In this document: positions 1-14,116 of the stretch, piece after piece
How positions within the stretch are numbered: the stretch's first letter is position 1
Layout: each line of letters starts with the position of its first letter
DNA from: Antedon mediterranea
Lineage: Eukaryota; Animalia; Echinodermata
Assembly (NCBI RefSeq): GCF_964355755.1
Contig: NC_092670.1
Coordinates: forward strand, 29,562,388 to 29,626,387
Length of the DNA stretch: 64,000 nucleotides
Direction: 5' to 3'
The notes under the pieces: model-generated
What the model was told of the DNA's origin: nothing
The model's database searches: none
Seen by the model: only the letters and a program-made list of their open reading frames with translations
Translations under genes and position numbers: made by a program

Positions 1-410
1 AACATAGTGCTGTTTACAAAGCCCCTATAAGGAAATTCATGTCCGCGTTTGACAATATCACTACGGATGCTGCTTTAGTCTCTGCATTGGCTACTTTCGG
101 TATATATAATGGGCACTCTGCTGCAAGGCAAATTAAAATCAGAGCGAAGAAATGCCTCCAAACGACTACCAAAATTGGGGTGCAGCCGACTGCCATAGCG
201 AGGCGCAGGGTTCCATTGGGAGGAAGGCGAGCCTTAATAACTGGACGACCTCCAAAACAAGTGAACCAATCAGATCATGGTTATGCCAAGAAAAGGGGTA
301 GCACCACAAAGAGAGGAGTTATCCCCAGAAGAAGAGCATCCGCACCTCACTCGCTATCTCAATGTGTAACAAATAACGCATCTCTTGGACAGACACATTC
401 CACAAAGTAG
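1..410 (+). CDS. C-terminal part of a TE-associated protein (possibly MULE/SWIM-type transposase tail), open off the left edge
   Basis: Frame is open from position 3 to TAG at 410. IGVQPTAIARRR...GRPPK...PHSLSQCV resembles tails of invertebrate DNA-transposon proteins (recalled, not searched). Confidence 0.35.
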   Translation, partial: HSAVYKAPIRKFMSAFDNITTDAALVSALATFGIYNGHSAARQIKIRAKKCLQTTTKIGVQPTAIARRRVPLGGRRALITGRPPKQVNQSDHGYAKKRGSTTKRGVIPRRRASAPHSLSQCVTNNASLGQTHSTK

Positions 411-659
411 AAATGAATGATCAAGTATCATAAGGCCATAAAAACAGGAGAACATTCAGAATGATGTAAAAACATTTTAAATGGGAAGAAATTACACTTA
501 TTTTTTAATTACATCTATTTTTGTCACCAAATCACAAACTGTTTGTTGTTTAAAATTAAAGTTAAAAAATATCTACAGGAACGGACACTTGCATTAGAAA
601 CTATTTAATAAGCGCTATTTCTATATTTTGATAGTCTTTTAGTATTTTTATGAATAATT

Positions 660-862
660 ATATGGTTCATTGTATGTCTTTTTTGCTGTTCTTTCAAAGG
701 ACCTCATTGGAAACAAGTCCGTAGAGGACTTTATGAGTTATCCTTGGCATTCTTCTTGTTTTATTCGGTCTTATGTCTCATGATTTTTTATATATGCTAT
801 TTTTTAATTGTATGTCTGTGACTTTTTATGTACGGATGCCGAAATAAATCAAATCAAATCAA
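660..862 (+). mobile_element. CR1/L2-type LINE 3' UTR remnant
   Basis: T-rich UTR with stem-loop-like ctcattggaaacaagtcc...ggactttatgag, ending in AATAAA followed by an (ATCAA)n tail at ~843-862. Confidence 0.5.
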
Positions 863-1379
863 AACCATTAGATAGACGCTTTTCATGCGAACTTGTTATG
901 AATGGATGTATTGTCTTAAAACTGGAACGCTAGTTGACCAACCACAGTACTGTTCTGATTACTATAATTGTTCAGGAATTCGATAAGAATTTTCAAAGTC
1001 AATTCTCCACTTAACTACACAATGCCTTGGTATCACCATGGAGTACTCTAGTAGGCTAGCGCAGTTAGCTAGGCTGTTGTCCCAGCTACTTCTAGGCCTA
1101 CTAGGCCTTACTAATATAATACTAATAGCTACTAACGCGGCATATTTTCGAGATACAGTAAATTAATGTATACTTATATTTATTGCTAAAGCGAATGGCT
1201 GTGTCGTCAAAAAGTAGTTTGTTTTATCCATGAAGCAAAACACTCCATGGTTTATCCATATATATGATATAGAGAAAAGAATTATCCTTCGCGGAAGTCG
1301 CACATGCGCAATGGATGTAGTTGAGACGTCTTATGAATAATTCATAATTTTTTCCTCACTTACCTACGAAAAAAAAATT

Positions 1380-2618
1380 CGCTCGCGGAATACCCCTTGC
1401 GCTACTCTTTATGGGGAACTTGGGTGGTCAAAAATCTCATCTATTCAAAATATAAATAGAATTAATTATATGGAAAGAATTTTAAAGATGGAAGACGAAC
1501 GTTGGCCTAGGATATTACTGAAAACAATACTTAAATTGACAGAGAACTTTAATGATCTATTATCTAAAATCCTATTATGTGTTCAAAATATCATTGATAA
1601 TTGTGGTACACATGATATTTTTTCTGATATTCGAAATGGTAATGATAACTTTGATGCCAACTGGGCTTCCAATACAAAAATAATTATGAACGATCCAGCT
1701 CTCTCTCATTGGGTTGAAGACGGTAAATGTAAAACGTCAATTGGATATTATATGTAGGCCTATATAAAAAATGAACCAAAACATGAACAGTATCTACTTG
1801 ATAAAATTGACTTTGAAGGAGCATCGTTAAAATTTAAGCTGCGATTAAACACCCTTCCCCTTGAAAGAAAAACATCTAAATGGTCAAATGACCCTAATGC
1901 GAATGGTTGTTGTAAATTGTGCAACAGAAATGAAGAAGAAACCATTATGCACTTTCTCTTAACATGTACCACTCTAGAAGAAGAGAGAAAAAACCAAATT
2001 GGTAAATTCCAACAAGAACTTTTGGAATGTAATCTTTTTTATTTCTATGACTATTTTCAAAATTTAGATTTATTCAACAAAACCCTTCTCATTCTAGGCA
2101 ATGACCATGATTTATTTGATAATAATTATTAAGTCTCTAATCGACACATTCTGTAAATCATTGGCTAAATCTTTATGAAAGAAACGTTGTGCTCTTTTAA
2201 ACTAATAATGTCAATGCTGTTGTGTTATGAATTGTTTTTCAACTTTTGTGTGTCGTTTTGATTTCTGTTTAGTTAATGTTGATACGTCTTAGTGTTGAGT
2301 ATTACGTATACCGTTATACTCTTTATTTTGATTTATACCGTGAAATTAATCTTATTATTTATTTTGTGTGTATCTAAACATTTTTATTTACTTTTATTCT
2401 TTTTAAGTTTTTTTTAATTTATTTATTTTTATTTATATATTTATATATTACATTTTTTTTATGTTTTGTATTTCACACTACATTCTATTAATTTTACATT
2501 TATTTTGATTCATTTTTTAGTTCATAATTTTATTTATTATTGTATGTTAATGCACCTTAATCATCCAAGTGTGCCACTGTTGTAAAATGGAAGTTTCCAA
2601 TAAATCATTATTATTATA
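1380..2618 (+). mobile_element. 5'-truncated non-LTR retrotransposon, post-RT C-terminus and 3' UTR (RTE/RTE-X-like)
   Basis: LYGELGW...ERWPRILL; C-terminal CKLC...EETIMHFLLTC zinc knuckle; internal stops; tail AATAAA + (TTA)n near 2600-2618. Confidence 0.75.
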
Positions 2619-4324
2619 ATCTAATTTTTAAAAAGGCTATCTATTGCACTTTTGTTGTGAGCAAAGATACAAATATAATATAACAATAAAAAAAACCAAT
2701 ATATAAACATAATCTTTTTCAGCTGAAGATAATATTATTTATTATTATTTATAAAATAAAACACTAATTGTATGAACGGATATCTCTGTTTTTACTCTGC
2801 ATACATGGTTTTACAGTACAGCTGAATGCATAAAAAATATGATATAAAAAGATATGTAAACTCAAATATTGAGCAACTATTTATTTACCAACTTTGAATA
2901 TCCTAAAGATGTATTGTCCCCCAAAAACTTGAAAATGAAGATTAATTTAATCAGACTTTGAATAGGTCATTTTGTAGTTTTAATAAAGTTAATCACTTCT
3001 GTAGAAAAAAAAAATAAGAAAAAAATGTTTTCACTTATAAAATAACATGATAAATGGTTAAATTCAACCAAATATCCATTGTCTGGCAGCCAATTTGACC
3101 ATTTTTTGCTTTAATTACAGTTTTTTCAGGTAAATAAATTTGTTTCGATCTAATTTTTGGTCAAAGTAGATAACTATTATGTGAAATTAAAATTGCATAT
3201 TCAACAACAATTATTGTATTGTTGGTTGAAAATTAAATGAGGAATGAAAGACAAAAAAAGAAAAAAACTTTGATAAAGACACAAAAGCACATCTTGTCAT
3301 TAGAAAAGTTCAGTTATCGAAAGCATATACATATTAACCGAAATACATTTTGCAAGTTTGCCTACCAAGGCAGAATAGGCATTCCAAAGCGGTTAATTAA
3401 CAGGCGATTTCGCCTTCAACTATATAATCTTATTATACAATTTCTATGAACTTTACTCTTTTTAACAAAACAACAGACAAAAGCTACCATCGTTCTCGAT
3501 CAATAGAATAAGTAACATTTACAAAAAAGCTTTTCATGACAAATAGAAAAGATAGGCCTATATCGTTCATTACAATTGTAGCACTGAATCAAGTATCAAT
3601 CCAAATAAAATAAAAACGTTCCATTTCAATAGGAGTTTGGTGGAAATAAGGTGTCTCAGTAAGTAGACCTATTACAAATAATTAATTCTTATTTTATTTG
3701 TTTTTGGTGTTGTTTTAGTCTGCATCATCATATTTTTATATAAAACCTAAATAAATTCATTTATTTGGCGTGCAATAATACGCACTATTTAACAATAGGT
3801 AAATAGTGTTTTTTTTTTCGTGTGAGGAAAATATTTTGTTTATACTATTCTTTTAAAATACAACAGCGCCACGATATTTTGTACTTCTGCCGCGAAGATT
3901 GAATGTTATGACTGGTTTCGACATGGTAGTACATTTTTGGAGAGATATATGTACTAATTAAAACCAAAAAGGGCATTGAAATTAGCTTTAGATCATTGGT
4001 ATAAATAATGGGAATATCTTCCCATTGAAATTAGCCTAGACGAGTTCCAGTTGCCTGTCGAAGTTTCATAATGGTATCGCTGCCTTTCTAGGCCTAGCCC
4101 TACTAGGCCAGTTAGTATTAGGCTTATGCACTTTAGCTTGCTAAGATTGTTTGGTCGTTAAGATTATTTGGTCGTTTGTTGACATAATTAACACTACAGT
4201 ATATGTTTATAAAATACAAATAAATATAATATTTAATATATTATTAAGAAGCACGATTGTGCGATACTCGAGGTACAGCAAAAGAAGCTGTATGTGACGT
4301 CACATACACATCAATAACCTCGTT

Positions 4325-4972
4325 TCTTTCAGGCTAAATCTCTGCCCCAGATAGATATATTCATTTGCCATTACCCGTCACAGATCCATGAGGTACCATG
4401 GAATTTGCCAAAACTTTTGTTTTCTTCATATTTATTTTCACAACATTTGCTGGCATTTGCAGGGTCTTTAAGCATATCCTCCCCTTCACTGATTTGGTCT
4501 CCTAGGACAACAATGTCATCTGCAAACCTCAGATGATTAAATTTTTCTCCATTGATATCCACTCATTTATCATCCCACTCCAGTGAGCGAAATATGCCTT
4601 CTAAACAGCTGTAAACAGTTTAGGCGAAATTGTTTCGCCTTGTCGGACACCCTTTTTTATGTGTATTTTCTCGCTTGGTTTTTGCATCGTAACTGAGGTA
4701 GTGCAGTTGGTGTAGATGTCCTTAAGTAGGTTAATGTACTTATGATGAATTCCCTGATCTTGCAGAGATTTTAGAACTGACTGTGTCTCCACCGAATCAA
4801 ATGCCTTTCCATAGTCTATGAAGGCCATATAAAATAGTTTTTTGTATTCTTGGCATTTTTCTTTAAGCTGGTTCAGTGTATTATGATCCATGGTAGAAAA
4901 AACATTCCTAAACCCTGCTTGTTCTCTGGGTTGGTGGCTATCAAGTGAATTTTCCATTCGATTTGTCAGGAT
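4325..4972 (-). pseudogene. RTE-clade reverse transcriptase fragment
   Basis: QPREQAGFR, AFIDYGKAFDSVE, KGVRQGETISPKLF, HLRFADDIVV, YIYLGQ; disrupted by a stop and frameshifts. Confidence 0.9.
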
Positions 4973-6802
4973 TAGCCTGGGTGCAGAACAGTTAATACAC
5001 ATTTGCGGGAAAAAAGTATAGGAAAATTTGTGTTGGTTTTTCTGATAGAGTATACTATCCTATAGAATGTTAGAAAAAAAATCCCCATACATTTTTTACG
5101 GCACTTTTAAATGTTGGCCTATATAACACACACAAATGCCTATTAACACACACAAATATCTATATATAGGGGATAGGGAAAACCAATTAACGGTTTTTGT
5201 TACTTGCAGTTGTGTTTTAATGATTAAAATTAGTAGGGGCTTACTTTAATAACTACTTCTCATAGTAGAAACGAGTCGATACGATGACATCATCATGCCA
5301 GAACCTTTTAGAAAGGATAAGTATATTAAAAGACATCACTTTTGATAATTTCTTGCACAACACCCGAGATTGTCCAAGCATTGACCTGAATCTTATAGTG
5401 ATTTAACCAGCATTTACCAAGTTACTAACTAAGTTACGGTATTTCTTTGTTCAACTGCTCTTCATTCAAATCTGTTGTTAACATCTCTACAACCAAACTC
5501 TTAAACTTGTGAGTGCAATAGGATTCATATGAATCACATTAGGAATAGATAGTCCCACTATCTGATAGTTGGCCCTATTATAATTATGCCATTATGTATA
5601 TTGCCTGTCAATTTGTACAGATATTTCTGAACACTGAGTGAGAAGGCACCACTGATCAATGTGAAGTGTCTTTTTGCTTAACCGATCCCTATGACATAGA
5701 TTTTGCAAAGTTTTAATTTGTTCAGATCTCTTTTTTGCAGCATTGTACAATTTACAATTCTAAGCTTCTTTAATTATGATTCCTATTACACTAATTGGTT
5801 TAGAACCCACCAAATAAAATTGCTGATTTTTACAGCTTTAATGAAGAGCAGTTGATCAAAGAAATGTTACAGATATTCGATAGTTTAGTTGTAGACTAAT
5901 TCCAGATTCAGGCCAATGATTGCAACATATTAACACTAATTTCATTTTTTTATATTTTATACATAATGCATAATTTCAGACCATTTTGTCCATCTGTATA
6001 ATATTGGGGAAGCTGTTGTCAAAATCATTTTTTTGCAGAGTTCCAGAGTAATTTTGAATAATACTGCATGTGGAACCGTGATGATAATAATGTTTCACGT
6101 ATTGGGTTGAACTGGGAATCTCTGGTGTTGTGTAAGGAATAATTGGTAAACACTTATCGAAAGTGATGTCTGATACACTGATGCATCCCCTTAACACCCT
6201 AATTGGAATCTGCTATTGTGACATGTATACCAAAAACAACACCCTACCGTGAATGTTCCTTTCCATCTAAAGGGCGTATTTTAGTCAGCATTATCTGCAA
6301 CCTATTTTTCTAATGTTGGGAGGTATAATAAAATACAATCGCGTTTGGATTTGTGTATACATTTAATTTATAGATAGTATTCGTACATTTTAACGTTAAA
6401 GGGAATGTTTCAAAATTGTTGTTTTTCCTGCCAAATTGGACGCATATTGGATTCTGGCATGATGATTTCATTGTTATCGACTCAACTTATCAACTAACTA
6501 TGAAATGTAGTTACTAAAGTAAGCCTCATATAATTTTAATAATCACAACACAACTCCAAGTAAAAAAAAAACGTGAATTGGTTTCCCTATCCCCTACTGT
6601 ATATATAGGTATTTGTGTTTGTTATTAGGCATTTGTGTGTTATATAGGCCAAAATTTAAAAGTGCCGTAAAAAGTTTCCCCAAGAACCTGGGATGGGGAT
6701 TTTTCTGACATTCTATATGGTATAGGCCTACTCTATCAGAAAACCCCACCAAAAAATGTTCCTATACTTATTTCCCGCAAAATTTGTACTGCACCCATGC
6801 TA
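4973..6802. mobile_element. Non-autonomous foldback DNA transposon with ~330-bp imperfect terminal inverted repeats
   Basis: Left TAGCCTGGGTGCAG...CATCATGCCAGAA (4973-~5305) is the reverse complement of right TTCTGGCATGATG...CTGCACCCATGCTA (~6450-6802). No TSD seen. Confidence 0.8.
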
Positions 6803-6820
6803 CTTGTATATGAGTGATGA

Positions 6821-6931
6821 TTTCAAGATGGGCTTCTTTTCTAAATTACTTTTGAAGACAAAAGAGGGGGGCTTCTTTTCAAGATGGGCTTCTTTCTAAA
6901 AAGACGACCATTGGGCTTCTGTGTCGAGGTC
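6821..6931. repeat. Short array of GGGCTTCT(T) units, probably a transposon subterminal remnant
   Basis: TTCAAGATGGGCTTCTTT twice plus two further GGGCTTCT units. Confidence 0.45.
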
Positions 6932-7614
6932 TTTAGATATATTTATATATTTAAAACAGAGGAACAGATTATTACGTAACATATATGTTCTTGATACCTT
7001 CTTGACTTTCCCAGGAAGCTCTTAAGAATCTTACAAGTCTGACGACAAATGGCAGTTTTCTTTCGTTAACTATTTGCATTAATTTACTTACATTGGTTGA
7101 TCGAAGGTTATTTTGACTACCAGATGAGCAGCTAGATACACATTTGTGCATAAATGCAGACTAGTGTTAATCTCCCAGTGACCATGTATTCAGTGACACA
7201 AGATCTGTTTTGCTTTATCCATAAGTTGTTGAACTTTAAACTACAAGTTGGCCATGCTTCTCTTTATATTAGGAAAATATATTTAAATGTAACTTCTTTA
7301 GAATTTATTTCTCTTCTTGTGTACCTTCTTGGTGGTAATAAGTATGGAATCCGATCTTGTGATTACCTAATGATCGACAGTACATACTGAGGATCGTGAT
7401 AGCGATAGATCAGGAGAGATTGGAGACTAGACGAAAGGAATTGTACATAATAATGTAATTATTGTGCCAGTTTGATTGGAAATTTTAAACTTTGACTGTA
7501 TATAACATTATATGTACCACACACTGTATTCAGTGGAGCAGTAGTCTTCAACTATGAAGTTTGCTCCTAAATGGAATAAGAAGAAGATCTGTATCGACTC
7601 TGTATTTTAGAATG

Positions 7615-8170
7615 CTGAATTGTTATTCTGTAAACATCAAAACATAGACTTAGTTATCAAAATCATGTCTTCATTATGTATAGGAGCAAAGAAAACCTGT
7701 AGGCCTACTTTATGGCGGCTATTTTGAAAAACAAAATAGTGGCCATTAAGTGAACTTTAAAAAATGCTGTAATTGGAATCCTTGACCCTCAAAACATATA
7801 CATTGCCACTAAAATCACATCTATAAACGATGTAGAAGTTGAGATAAGAATACAAATCTGTATTTTATGGCTGACATTCAGTAAACTTCAAAATGCTGTA
7901 TTTGGATTTCTTGAACCTCAAAACATATACGTTGCCACCATAATCATATACATACATGATGTAGCAGTTGATATATGAGCAAAAATCTGTATTTTATGGC
8001 GGCAATTTGAAAAATCCAAAATGGCGGATTTCCGCAGGTATACGAGCTGGAACTTTTTTTGGTGGATATATTATAATAGACATAAAATAAACAAATCAGT
8101 TGAAAAACACTTGTTTAAATTCTAATTTTTCTCAGATTGGCCCTTTTTAGACTTATAATAAGAATACTAG
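7615..8170. mobile_element. Non-autonomous DNA transposon remnant with internal ~120-bp repeats
   Basis: Three related units (..tgctgta/tgctgaat..cctcaaaacatatac..); ATGGCGGC..TTTG motif shared with 11450-11945, 54995-55250 and 62520-62750. Confidence 0.45.
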
Positions 8171-8324
8171 TGAATGTTTTTGCAGCAGTCACCCTAGCAG
8201 CGTAGTGGACGAGAGATCATTTTCGGTTACCGCATGGAAAGTATTTCCAGGGTTTGCTGTCACATCGTGAATATTCATGTGTGGATTCAGGTCATCTATA
8301 GTTTCTGTCTTAACCTAATAGGAA

Positions 8325-9037
8325 AACAAGGCCATATAGATGGCTGCAGTCGCGTGCTCATTAGTGTTTACCGACCAACCTACCAACTGACCAAAATTAC
8401 TGAACATGTTTAAAAATGTTGAAATGTTTAAAAACATTTATATTTTTTTAATTTACACGTGCGTAGCCTGTCACTTTTGACGTGCTCGTATAACATAATT
8501 TCGAGTTGAAAAGTAAGTCAAGAAAACAGAAATCGGGCAAAAAGAGTGCGCAATAACATTTAACGCGCAGTGCGCGCGCAAAAATCTGTGCACTCATGGC
8601 AATTTTGTAAACGTTAAAATTGCCTGAAACGTACTGTTATTTCATCGCAAATAAATTTTGAAAATTTTAAGCACGCGTACGCATGCGTTACATGCGCTAC
8701 GCACGTAATTGTATTGCCATATGATGATTTATGCCCTGAAATTTATGAGTACCAAATTTTATTTAATTGTGATTCATGGTTGTGAAGATATGATTACAAA
8801 CGTGATTTCGTTAAATCGTGCGTAGACCGCGTAATTTTTTATTGGGCACCGTGAAAACATAACCACATCGATTCCTGGCCATAAGGAATATACTGTGAAT
8901 AATTGACTTAGCTAGATTAAACTGATATCAAGATAAGGTCAGAAAGCGATAAAACGCATAGTGATACTGGACCGACAGACCGACCGACCGACCGACCGAC
9001 ATAGTGAACTATAGAGTCGCGTCCACGCAACTAAAAA
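8325..9037 (-). mobile_element. Helentron-associated interspersed element (HINE / DINE-1-like), long copy
   Basis: On the minus strand: T-run, 5' hairpin/subTIR AGT(T)GCGTG..CGCGACT, GTCG/GTCT microsatellite, 3' subTIR CACGCGACT, stem-loop GCCAT-CTAT-ATGGC, CTTGTT end. Near-identical to 15505-16100. Confidence 0.8.
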
Positions 9038-9202
9038 TAATGTGGGAGGTTAAACCATTCAAAACGACGCCTAGTAGAACAGTATACTGTAGACTACAAT
9101 TTGATTTTCAAACGTGGATCAGTTAAAAAACTCGCGAGGCTGAACATTTTCAACATAAAAAAAAAAAATGATGAATGAAATTAGTACAATTCATTACCAG
9201 CA

Positions 9203-10549
9203 TATATATATAAATTATGGTTAATTCTGACATAGGCGAGCACAATGCAAAATCTTCGGTATAAATCTCCGCCTTGGATACCTACCTTATCTATCTCAGA
9301 TGTACCGCAAAACGTAGATTTGATAACATTAGTTTTCAGTTCGACGCTATTGTTCCATATTTCTATCTTAGGAAGATTATTACAAAGAGTTTTTTAACCA
9401 AAGTTATGATTTCAACAGTATATTTTCAACTCAATTTCAATTCTTCGCGGTCAAAGTAATTTCCGGGTTCACGATGAGTTCACCTGGTTTCAACTATTTT
9501 CTCTCTTTTATACACAAGGGAGCAGTTAAAATAATAGATTTGACCCTAAAGGTGACTGAAAACAGGCACGTTCCATCAATCAATACAGTGTCTCTTTGGA
9601 AGACGGAAGAAAAAAAACGATAGTAGGACTGGAGCTTAAGTTGGCCATTAGTCATAGCCATTTCAGTTTTTTGTTTGTTTTAGGAACACGTGTGTGAAGG
9701 TACAGTAGTTAAAAAATAAAAATTATAATGCAAATTATTAAAGATCAAATTAAATATACGCCATAAAGAATCGGAATACATTGTGGGGAATAGTGTTATA
9801 AAATTACATAGGGAGATTTGATGATAAGACATTTTGTTTAAAATCGAGTGAAATCCCGATTGCTGAGTTTTATTGTGTAAGCTGGCAGGAATAACTGTAG
9901 GCTATCTGTGTCCCGTTAGGACCGAGATGTCTGCCCATGTTGCAAACCGTAATGTCTTCTTTCTTGGGCCTCTGTCAATGCAGTTAGTTTCAAAAGATGT
10001 TTAAATTAAATAATGTATTAACAATTATTAGGATGGTATTTATTTGAATAAACGGCTTTCCAATAAAACATCACTTTGAATAATAATCCCCCCCTCCCAC
10101 AACTATCTAATAAACGTCCAGCCACATTAATAACACAATTATACTATTTGTAGTAGAATTCATTGCACTGTTATCTACAATTTACCAAGCATTTATTATT
10201 GTTTTTTACCACTTTTCATATCTATTAGAGGATTTCATTTGATTATAAATTTTACCATATTATTAAAACTAAAAAATTTAACATATATCCCTCGAATAAG
10301 CACCTCCCTCAAACGAACTCCGCCTCCCCACCTCCACCCTATAAGGGCCCTACCAAACAATAAACACTATACTTTAAAATGTTATTAATTATCTAAGACA
10401 CTGTGAAACAGAGTAGTTTAGTTTTACGAATGTCAAGCATTTTCAATAATGGTAACCGACAGAAAATGTACAAGGAGAACATTATCATTCCGAGAACCAT
10501 CGTCTACACTTCCTAGAGGGGGAGCGAGCGAAGCGAGCTCACCCTCTAG
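9203..10549 (+). mobile_element. Non-autonomous Helitron, copy 1
   Basis: 3' end CTAGAGGG...GAGCGAAGCGAGCTC.CCCTCTAG|T; 5' end A|T(A)TATATATAAATTATGG; colinear inverted copy at 27335-28666; no TSD. Confidence 0.85.
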
Positions 10550-11449
10550 TTATATTCCAATTTTAGGTAGAACTCATATCGAAAGGCACGTGATGTCTAA
10601 TTATCCAATCAAATATATACAGATATGGTATAATCTGTCTTAATTTTCTATTATAGAAGCAACTAAAACGATGGTATTCCTACTTTTAAGATTGACAATG
10701 TATGCTCTATCGTTAAGTACAGGGTTTAGTTTTGATAAGTAATACTTATATTATTATTCCTTCTATTGTATTATTTCCCTTGTCCGGCGCCTGTAATTTC
10801 TATACAATAATTATGCTCAAAGATACTTTTTTTGTAGTGTACTCCTATATCATTTTGTGAGACTGTCTATGAGTATTACCAACCAAACGGAGTATAATTA
10901 TTAAGTGTCTCTATATAAATGATTCGTAGTCCGTCGCAGCGGTATCGTATCACACTGTTGACGTGATATCTTCTTGTAAATTCATACTCATTCATAACTA
11001 TTCGTGGTGCCCATTGCACCTAAGAAAGAGCTACGATGCTGATACGAAGCCATTAAGATTTAAGTACGACCCAATAAAAGTACCATCGAGATCTACGTTT
11101 GCATCAGGTGACACTGTCTGAGAAGTTGGGTACTAGTTCCTATTTCCAAGTTCCTTATTCAAATTCAATTAAAGGAACAGTCACAAATATTTAAAACAGA
11201 TTTTAATATGTAATAACTGACTAATTGAGTTGTTATTTCATCAAAATGTTTTGCCTTCACCTCCTTAACTTCTTCCTGTCAAAGTTTAATAGCATTTTAG
11301 GCATTCACGCTCTCTACGGTGAATAAGCAACTGGCTTTACCACGTTATAACCCTAGACCTACATATTTTTTTTCAAAATATGTTGGTATGGATCGATCAC
11401 CCTTGGCTTACTTCACACTTTTCGAATAAAGTACTAGCTTAACGAACGT

Positions 11450-11945
11450 TATAACCATTGACCTACAATTTTTTTTAAAATTGTGTTGAAAAAGAAGTAG
11501 AGGAGATCAAGGCTAATATCCAGGTGAATAAATAACAAATTGAGGAAATTGTTTCATGGTGGACAAAAGCTCCAAATTTGACATGGAGCTTTGTTGGCAC
11601 CTGCACCAATTTATTTTTCCCTAGGAAACACTCTGGTCGTATTTTATTTTTCAAGATGGCGTCCAAAATCCAAAATGGCCGTCAGTTAATTAAAATTGCA
11701 TATTTCATTAGTTGCAGAAGTCGTACACAGGCAAATTTAATTGCAAAACATAGGTAATCATTGTGATATTTTATACATGGTAGGCCTACATGAAATAGGT
11801 AATTTGTTGTTAGGATGGCTCCCAAAATCCAACACGGCCGCTAGTAAACTGGAAAAACTCATAAATGAACCCACAAGAATGCTTAATGATCACATTTGTA
11901 TTTGTTTCGAGAAGCACGGAGAAGTGCAAAATTGTTTCTGTTAAA
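11450..11945. mobile_element. DNA transposon terminal remnant
   Basis: Repeated CAAGATGGCGTCCAAAATCCAAAATGGCCG-type motif (~11650, ~11815), as in the other remnants of this class in the window. Confidence 0.4.
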
Positions 11946-12149
11946 ATTAAAGAACTTATTGTTGAAAATACAGATATTGATTCTATCATCTATTCTATCA
12001 AGATTGGATAAAAGTGTATGAAATATTTTCATGTTTAAGCGCAATTTTAACTAAAGATGGGATAAATGAATACTTAGAAGAATGGTACGAAGAAAAGTGT
12101 GGGTTACCAATGTTAAAGCAAAGTTTGAGAATTGGCTCAGTGGCAGTAG

Positions 12150-13693
12150 ATTTGGTATAAATTTTTCAAGTAATTTAGATAATATATTTGATTAAAATGT
12201 TCGACAAAAATCTAAAGATATCGATAAAATATTAAACATGTGCAGGCAAAGATCCCTAACCTTATTTGGTAAAATTACTAAAATAAAAACACTGGTTCTG
12301 CCAATTTTAACTTTTCACTTTTCAAACTTACCGGACCCACCAAATCATTTCTTCAATAATATACAAAGTAAGATGTTTAATTTTTTATGGAAAGGAAAAC
12401 CTGATAGGATAAAAAGGAAAATCATGAGCAACGAACTAGAAAAGGGAGGGTTGAAAATGTCACATGTTCAAAGTTACTGTCAAGCTCTAAAAGCATGTTG
12501 GGTTAAAAGATATCTAGGAAAAAACGATGGTAAATGGAAACTTTTTTTTCAAAGAGATCTACATAAATTTGGAAACGACTTTATTTTTTATAGTAACTTC
12601 TCAAAATCCTCCGCGATGCTTAAGCAGTTCAATGGTTTTAATAAAGATGTTCTATTAGCTTGGAGCGAGTATAGTTTCAAAGAACCGAGCTCTGTTAAAG
12701 AAATCTTATCACAATCCTTATGGAATAACTCTTGTTTTGAAATCAAGGAATTCAGTATAAATAAGGTTTGGTGGGACAACAATATCAAATACATTAAAGA
12801 TATTTTGACTCATAGCAACCGAATTCTTAATTTAGAAGAATTCGAAGAACGATACAATTTTAAACCAAATTTTTTACTTTACCATCAAATTGTACACTCA
12901 ATTCCAAGGCACTGGAAGCAAACAATATTTGAGAATACCGATACAAACCCATCAAATTTAATAATCGAAAATTCTAAAATAAATAATTTGATGAAAACAA
13001 AAAGAAGCTGTAAACACTTGTATTCTCATTTCGTTAAAAAATATGCAACAGTGCCCGATAGAATCGAGTCCAGATGGGAAAATGAACTTGATAATACACA
13101 ATTGCAATGGGATATGATATTCACACCTTTGCATAAATGCACAATCAATACGAAACTTAAAAACTTTCAATATAAATTTATTCACCGTATCATTTATACT
13201 AACTCTTTTCTACATAAGATATCAATTGTTGAATCACCAATTTGTGAATTTTGATTAGAAAAAGAACAAACTTTAATACACATGTTCGTAGAATGCAAAA
13301 TAATTGATGTCATGTGGAGGAAAATACAAGTTATTATTAAACAACAGTTTAAAAGAAAAGTGACTTTAGATAAAGAAAGGATATATTTTGGTATTGAAAA
13401 CCATAGAAATAATCATGCAATTAATAACTTAATACTGATTGTAAAATTGTATATTTATAACTGCAAAGTTTACGAACAAAAACCTCACATAAATCACTTT
13501 AAATCGGTATATGAGAGGTATAAAGAAATTGAAAAGTACATTGTTTTTAAAAATAGCTAGACTGTTGATATTTATGTATAAAAATAACCATATATGTTTT
13601 GTAACTTGAAAAGGTTACTTTACTATTATTTTGTATTACTTTGTAATGTAACCAAGTTAAGTAATGTATACTGTTTTATGAAATATAGAAAAT

Positions 13694-13726
<33 letters not shown>
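12150..13726 (+). mobile_element. 5'-truncated L1/Tx1-clade LINE (ORF2 C-terminal half, 3' UTR, poly(A))
   Basis: SLTLFGKITKIKTL, FLWKGKPDRIKR..EKGGL, LKNFQYKFIHRIIYTN, C-EF-*...HMFVEC zinc knuckle across one stop at 13252-13254; AATAAA at ~13691 and A23 at 13704-13726. Confidence 0.9.
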
Positions 13727-13728
<2 letters not shown>

Positions 13729-14116
13729 TATAGCAGCACGGAGTGTTGTGTTTGCATACTACAAAACAGGAGACTCATTATTTATGGTGGAGTACAAAAT
13801 CACGCATACACATTGATTAAAACACGATTGGGCGGGGCTTAAAAGCAAAGAATAACTTCGGTAGGCCTATAGGAGGATAGGATATAAATTTTTTTCATAA
13901 TATTGATTGATTGAAAAATGTTATGATCTGATTTTTATTATCTGACCTACAATCGTCCAATCAAATGACAGGAATACATCTATACATCAAGCAAAGATGA
14001 TGTAAAAAAATCATTGAAACTGCACTTTGGTAATATTGCAAATAACAGTAACGATAAATGTACTCTCCAGATATAAGTAACAGTCATCAGCAGCAAGCTT
14101 GTGATCATGTTTAAGA

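Noticed and set aside
10900-11130. GC-richer block that might be an exon
   Set aside because: No convincing splice-site pair or recognisable peptide in any frame.
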